Part shown: positions 59,691 to 64,000 of the stretch, piece by piece
Layout of the letters: each line of letters starts with the position of its first letter
Numbering within the stretch: position 1 is the first letter of the stretch
Origin: Candidatus Cloacimonadales bacterium
GTDB taxonomy: Bacteria > Cloacimonadota > Cloacimonadia > Cloacimonadales > JAIOQZ01
Direction of reading: 5' to 3'
NCBI GenBank assembly: GCA_963674825.1
Contig: OY771587.1
Span: forward strand, 2,112,001-2,176,000
DNA: 64,000 nucleotides
The notes under the pieces: model-generated
Told to the model about the DNA's origin: nothing
The model's input: only the letters and a program-made list of their open reading frames with translations
Database searches by the model: none
Program-made: the position numbers and the translations under genes

Positions 59691-60623
59691 TTAACTCTCT
59701 TGATCCTCGAATGAAACCATCTGCGTATCTTCGGTGTAGTCACTGAATGTGATTGAATCCATTTGATGGAATTTCTGCATGATCTCGCTGATTTTGGTTA
59801 CCGACAGCTCGATCTTTTGGAGATGATTCTTTTGCTGTTCAGTGAACGCCTTGATATCCGGAGACATGTTGATCAAGTCCATGGAACCTTTGATCACCAT
59901 CAGCGGTTGATTGATCTCGTGGCTGGTGGTGACAGCCATGGCGAGAGCGGTATTTTTACGTTCCAGATTGATAATTTCCTGCTGTGCGTCCTTGAGCTCG
60001 GTGAGCGATTTCTCCAGCTCCAGTGTACGCTCTTTCACCTTGCGCTCAAGGTTCATTCTGTATGCGTAGATGGTCACCATCGCCTCGTAGGTGCGCAAGC
60101 TGGCGAGTACGGCGGTATAGAGCTTGTCGGATGTTAACTCCGTCTTGGTCTTGTAGTCGTTGATCTGGTAGGTTTTGACAACGTCCTTTTCCGGGGCTTC
60201 GCCGGGTTGCCCGGTACGCAGGATAATACGTGTGAACGTGTTCTTCAATTCGTTGCGGATATAGCGTACCAGATCCAGTCCCGCCTGGCTTGTTTCCATT
60301 ACCACGTCGAGCAACACGATCGCAATATCGGGATGTTCACACATGATTTCTTTCGCTTCTTCAGCGGAATAGGCATCGAGGAATTCAATATTCCTTTGCT
60401 GAAGCTCGAAGCCGTCCAGCGCAAGCTTGGTCACGGTATGCACGTCACTTTCATCATCGACGACCAGTACCTTCCAGACCGGGCCGATGTATGGGTCCGA
60501 CATTTCATGCTCAGCCGGCTTCTCCGCAGCGAATGTCAGCGTGTCCTGACTATCTTCTTCTTTTAGGCCGAACTGGAAGAGGTCGGCCTCGTTCGTGTCA
60601 TGTCTGTCATCTCTATTGTCCAT
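59691..60623 (-). CDS. Response regulator with REC, coiled coil and a HisKA-like H-box but no ATPase domain
   Basis: VLVVDDE, LLDVVME, RIILRTGQPG, DYKTK, then SHEINQPL about 70 aa before the stop. Confidence 0.82.
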   Translation of the reverse strand: MDNRDDRHDTNEADLFQFGLKEEDSQDTLTFAAEKPAEHEMSDPYIGPVWKVLVVDDESDVHTVTKLALDGFELQQRNIEFLDAYSAEEAKEIMCEHPDIAIVLLDVVMETSQAGLDLVRYIRNELKNTFTRIILRTGQPGEAPEKDVVKTYQINDYKTKTELTSDKLYTAVLASLRTYEAMVTIYAYRMNLERKVKERTLELEKSLTELKDAQQEIINLERKNTALAMAVTTSHEINQPLMVIKGSMDLINMSPDIKAFTEQQKNHLQKIELSVTKISEIMQKFHQMDSITFSDYTEDTQMVSFEDQES

Positions 60624-60624
60624 C

Positions 60625-62877
60625 TCAACTCTCCATGGTAACGGGTATGGTTATCGTGAAGCTGACACCCGCACCGGGCTGGCTTTCGCAGTGGATTTCT
60701 CCATGCAGCTTCTGCACGATCTGGTTATAGACTATATGCAATCCCAGGCCGGAACCCAGTTGCTTGTTGGTCGTAAAGAATGGGTCGAAGATCTTCGACT
60801 GGATTTCCTTCGGAATGCCGCGTCCATTGTCGTGATACTCAATCTTAAGTTTGTCGTTTTCCATGAACGCCTTGATATCGATACGACCTTCGGAGCGATC
60901 CTTGAATCCATGCACGGCGGAATTGACCAGCAGGTTGGTAAAGATGCTGGCAAATGCGCCCGGATAGCTGCTGATCGTAAGGCCTTCCGGTGCATCGATC
61001 TGCACGTCGATGTTTTTCTCCTTCATGCGTGGCCCCACACTGAAAAGCAGGTCTTGCAGGTAGTCTTTCACATCGAAAGAACGTTCTTGTTCGGTGGATT
61101 GGTCAATCGACACCTGCTTGAAGCTCTGTACCAGATCGCCGGTACGTTGCAGATTCTTCAGGATCAGGCTCATGCTCTCGTAGGCAGTACGGAGATAGCC
61201 TTCGAGTTCGGTACGCTTCATGGTGTTGTCCTGGTAGTTCCGGGCCAGTGAGACGGTTTTGTCTTTCAGTGCGGAGGCAGCGGTGATACCGATTCCCACT
61301 GGTGTGTTGATCTCGTGTGCCACGCCGGTAACGAGGCTACCCAGGGAGGCCATCTTTTCCGCTTCGATCAACTGTTTCTGCGTCTCTTTCAATTCGGACA
61401 GAGTCTTCGACAACTGGTCGCGTTGCTGCGAGATATGCTCGTTCTTTTCGCGCAACATTTCGTTGATTTTCTGTTTCGCGCGATATCTGCGGTAAAGCAC
61501 GAATGCGAGCAGCAGAATCAGGAGCGCGATCGCGTATGTATATGTCTGCTGTATCTGCTTCCTGTGCAGTTCCAGCTCTTTGATCTCGTTATTCTTGCGA
61601 AGAAGAAGGTTTTCCTTTTCCTTTTTTTCTGTCTCATATTTGACATTCATCTCAGCGATTTTCTTCGATTTTTCCTCATTGAAGAGAGAATCGCGTAATA
61701 CAGAAGATCTTTTAAACCATGAAAGGGCTTTGGCATAGTTTTTCTTGCCTGCGTAAATATCGGCAAGCAAACGGTAATCCAGCTGCACAAGATCTTTAAT
61801 CCCTGCGGTATTGGCAAGTTCGAGACTTTTATTTGCATACTGAAGCGCTTTATCGAATTGTCCTAAATTGAGGGCTACTTCCCCTTTATGCCGATAAGCG
61901 CGTGCCTCGCCTTCGTAAAAGGCCATTTCCTTGAATATTCTGAGTGCTTCGTCGAGGTAGCGGCTCGCTTTGTCGTATTCGCCAAGTCGCAGCCAGGCCT
62001 CTCCAAGGCCGATATTTGCTACTCCCATGTACTGAAGATTCTGCGCGAGAGTTCCCAGCCTTAGCGATTCGGAATAATAGGTGATCGCTTTTCTATATTC
62101 TCCCTCATCCTTGTATATCTCGCCAATATTGTTGAGTGGGATCGCAACGCCGAGAGAATCGCCGGTTTCACGATACATATCAGCTGCTTGCTCGTAGCAT
62201 TCAAGCGCTTTTTGAGTATTTCCCCAGGCATGATAGAGAACCGCTACGTTGTTTAATCCGCGTTTCACCAGTTCGGTCTGTCCTGTGTTTTCGAAAGTCT
62301 GGATGGAGTTGAGGAAATAACCGAGCGCGGTCTCATACTGCCCGCGATTCATGAGGAGTCCGGCGACATTGAATTGGATGGTTGCCACCCGCAGGCTGTC
62401 GCCTCGTTCCTTCTCGATCTCGATCGATTGGAGGAATGTCTCCAATGCGCCGTCATAATCGCCAATGCTCATTGCGACCGATGCCAGTGAATTGAGCGTG
62501 CTGGAGATGAGCTTCTTTGACCCAATTTCAACACCGATCTGATGGCTCTTGATGAGGTAGTCGTCGCGTGCGGTTTCAAATTTACCGGTCATCAGGTACG
62601 CGTTACCGATCATCATAAGCGCCATACCTTCGTTCTCACGATCGCGTATTTCACGGGCACGTTTGAGTGCTTTTTCACCGAGCAGGATGCATTCATCAGG
62701 CGCGGTATAGAGGAGCTCTTTGGCGAGATCGTTTACTTTGGTCAGGTAGGGGCTGTTGATCTCACCTTTTTTCTCGTATTCGTCGATGCAGGCGCGGAGG
62801 CTATCCACTTTGGATTGGGCGATCAATGGCATTACGAAGAAGCTAAGTACAAGCAGAAAAGCGATTAGCCGAGACAT
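60625..62877 (-). CDS. Membrane sensor histidine kinase with extracytoplasmic TPR sensor
   Basis: Signal peptide, TPRs, one TM helix, EKMASLG...AHEINTP, NLLVNS, DNGRG, FDPFFTT, GSGLGL. Confidence 0.92.
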   Translation of the reverse strand: MSRLIAFLLVLSFFVMPLIAQSKVDSLRACIDEYEKKGEINSPYLTKVNDLAKELLYTAPDECILLGEKALKRAREIRDRENEGMALMMIGNAYLMTGKFETARDDYLIKSHQIGVEIGSKKLISSTLNSLASVAMSIGDYDGALETFLQSIEIEKERGDSLRVATIQFNVAGLLMNRGQYETALGYFLNSIQTFENTGQTELVKRGLNNVAVLYHAWGNTQKALECYEQAADMYRETGDSLGVAIPLNNIGEIYKDEGEYRKAITYYSESLRLGTLAQNLQYMGVANIGLGEAWLRLGEYDKASRYLDEALRIFKEMAFYEGEARAYRHKGEVALNLGQFDKALQYANKSLELANTAGIKDLVQLDYRLLADIYAGKKNYAKALSWFKRSSVLRDSLFNEEKSKKIAEMNVKYETEKKEKENLLLRKNNEIKELELHRKQIQQTYTYAIALLILLLAFVLYRRYRAKQKINEMLREKNEHISQQRDQLSKTLSELKETQKQLIEAEKMASLGSLVTGVAHEINTPVGIGITAASALKDKTVSLARNYQDNTMKRTELEGYLRTAYESMSLILKNLQRTGDLVQSFKQVSIDQSTEQERSFDVKDYLQDLLFSVGPRMKEKNIDVQIDAPEGLTISSYPGAFASIFTNLLVNSAVHGFKDRSEGRIDIKAFMENDKLKIEYHDNGRGIPKEIQSKIFDPFFTTNKQLGSGLGLHIVYNQIVQKLHGEIHCESQPGAGVSFTITIPVTMES

Positions 62878-63065
62878 CAATATCTTCCTCCGGACGAGTT
62901 TTTGCATATAATAACCCTATATTGCCCTGACAGTGCTAACGACAATATAACTCCATCAGCGAAAACATGTAGTATTTTTCACGATTGATCCATATTTACG
63001 GGAATTGAGATCAAGTTGTCAATAGCTAATGTTCACCTTCGGACAGCGGTCAAACGTTTTCGAAC

Positions 63066-63098
63066 AAAAAGGCAGGCTCCCGATTTTCACCGGGAGCC
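63066..63098 (-). terminator. Intrinsic terminator
   Basis: GGCTCCCG-N8-CGGGAGCC hairpin with a minus-strand U tract. Confidence 0.7.
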
Positions 63099-63106
63099 GA
63101 GTGTAG

Positions 63107-63164
63107 GGTAGATGCATGTCGTGTGAAAAGTCGTGCTTTCTGGTAGATGCATGTCGTGTGAAAA
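63107..63164. repeat. Exact 23-bp direct repeat x2 (GGTAGATGCATGTCGTGTGAAAA), period 35 bp
   Basis: Copies at 63107-63129 and 63142-63164; a third degenerate copy lies near 63178-63199. Confidence 0.85.
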
Positions 63165-63201
63165 TGTTCTTCGATCAGGTAATTGCATCCTGTGAGGAAG
63201 T

Positions 63202-63468
63202 CTATTCTTTCACTTTTCTGAATACAAGCGGGATCTTGTCTTTCTCGGGGATCCCGATCTGTATCAGTTTCCAGTCTTTATCGTATTCTTGGATTTTATG
63301 CCGAAGGGTCATGATCTTGCTGTCAGTTGTGGGCGTATTTTCTTCCCACTGAACAAGTTCAACCCGGTAATGGAGTTTATCGACCTTTCCGTTAATACGG
63401 ACTTCGATCTCCAGATTGTGCTCTCCTTCCATTTTCGGAAGCGTCAATACAACCTCGCGCATATCCAT
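63202..63468 (-). CDS. Hypothetical protein, about 88 aa
   Basis: GAGGAG RBS before MDMREVV; plausible globular composition; no family recognised. Confidence 0.7.
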   Translation of the reverse strand: MDMREVVLTLPKMEGEHNLEIEVRINGKVDKLHYRVELVQWEENTPTTDSKIMTLRHKIQEYDKDWKLIQIGIPEKDKIPLVFRKVKE

Positions 63469-63485
63469 TCTCCTCTTTTTTTCGT

Positions 63486-63513
63486 TTGACAATCAGAGCC
63501 CGTGTCTTATCTT
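63486..63513 (+). promoter_or_regulatory. Putative sigma-70 promoter TTGACA-N16-TATCTT
   Basis: Consensus -35 and near-consensus -10 about 100 nt upstream of the TM1266-like gene. Confidence 0.55.
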
Positions 63514-63615
63514 AACTCAGATCGCACTTCCATTCCTGCGATGAAGGACGGAATCTGACATTAAGGGGATGGCGGCAGGACAACTATGTCATACCTCCAT
63601 CCTATTGGAGGTTAA

Positions 63616-63864
63616 ATGCAAAAACGAAACCACTTGATTTCTATCACTGTTTACGACCGCGAAAAAGCGTTTCATTCCGTAAGTGAACTATTACACAACT
63701 ACGCGAAATACATCCACCTGAGGGTTGGATATCCCATGCCCGACAAGAACTGCGCTGTCATCTTCCTGGTTACCGAAATGACCACCGATGAACTGGGCGC
63801 ACTCACCGGCAGGCTTGGGCAAATCCCTTCCGTCAGTGCAAAATCGACCACCCTCAAGGTGTAG
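63616..63864 (+). CDS. TM1266-family iron-only hydrogenase system putative regulator (ACT-like)
   Basis: ISITVYDR...LLH...RVGYP...GALTGRLGQIPSV pattern; GGAGG RBS. Confidence 0.82.
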   Translation: MQKRNHLISITVYDREKAFHSVSELLHNYAKYIHLRVGYPMPDKNCAVIFLVTEMTTDELGALTGRLGQIPSVSAKSTTLKV

Positions 63865-63900
63865 AAGCATGTTTATATTTGTGATGATAAAGGAGATACA

Positions 63901-64000
63901 ATGAAGATCACACCTCAGCCCGAATCGTTTATCCCTACAGAAACGATCGAATCGTTGCTCGAACAGCATCGCCATCCTGACCGCATTCGCGTCAGAGACA
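63901..64000 (+). CDS. 5' fragment of a probable [FeFe]-hydrogenase maturase HydG-like gene
   Basis: AAGGAG RBS, open MKITPQPESFIPTETIESLLE..., position after a TM1266-like gene; only 33 codons visible. Confidence 0.45.
   Translation, partial: MKITPQPESFIPTETIESLLEQHRHPDRIRVRD

Noticed and set aside
63107..63199. CRISPR array
   Set aside because: Only two exact repeats, spacers of 12-13 nt, and no cas genes in the window.

Overview
Bacterial chromosomal window of about 50% GC (by eye), most likely Candidatus Cloacimonadota or a related FCB lineage. That assignment is an inference from 11 secreted proteins ending in an NxPNPFNP...YNI(K/R)GQ...KMLLLK FlgD-Ig/T9SS-like tail and from anaerobe-type genes. 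The most striking feature is at 1-14935: two mirror-image, convergent cassettes with the same design. Each has a TPR-sensor sigma-54 activator, GACG-W4-CGTC palindromes just after its stop codon, a perfectly spaced -24/-12 promoter (TGGCAT-N5-ATGCAT), a small degenerate receiver-domain gene and a very large repetitive secreted protein. The rest holds an ArsR/ArsP/ArsC-thioredoxin-CcdA operon, small housekeeping genes and a secreted GH57-like enzyme. It also holds a seven-gene array of CTD-tailed surface proteins (two share an almost identical tail), queH, M28 and C25 proteases, tldE/tldD, and a TPR histidine kinase with an atypical partner. At the right edge are a 35-bp-period repeat and a structured leader ahead of a TM1266/hydG-like hydrogenase maturation locus. 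No rRNA, tRNA, CRISPR array, integrase or transposase was recognised. All family calls are from motif recognition, not database searches.
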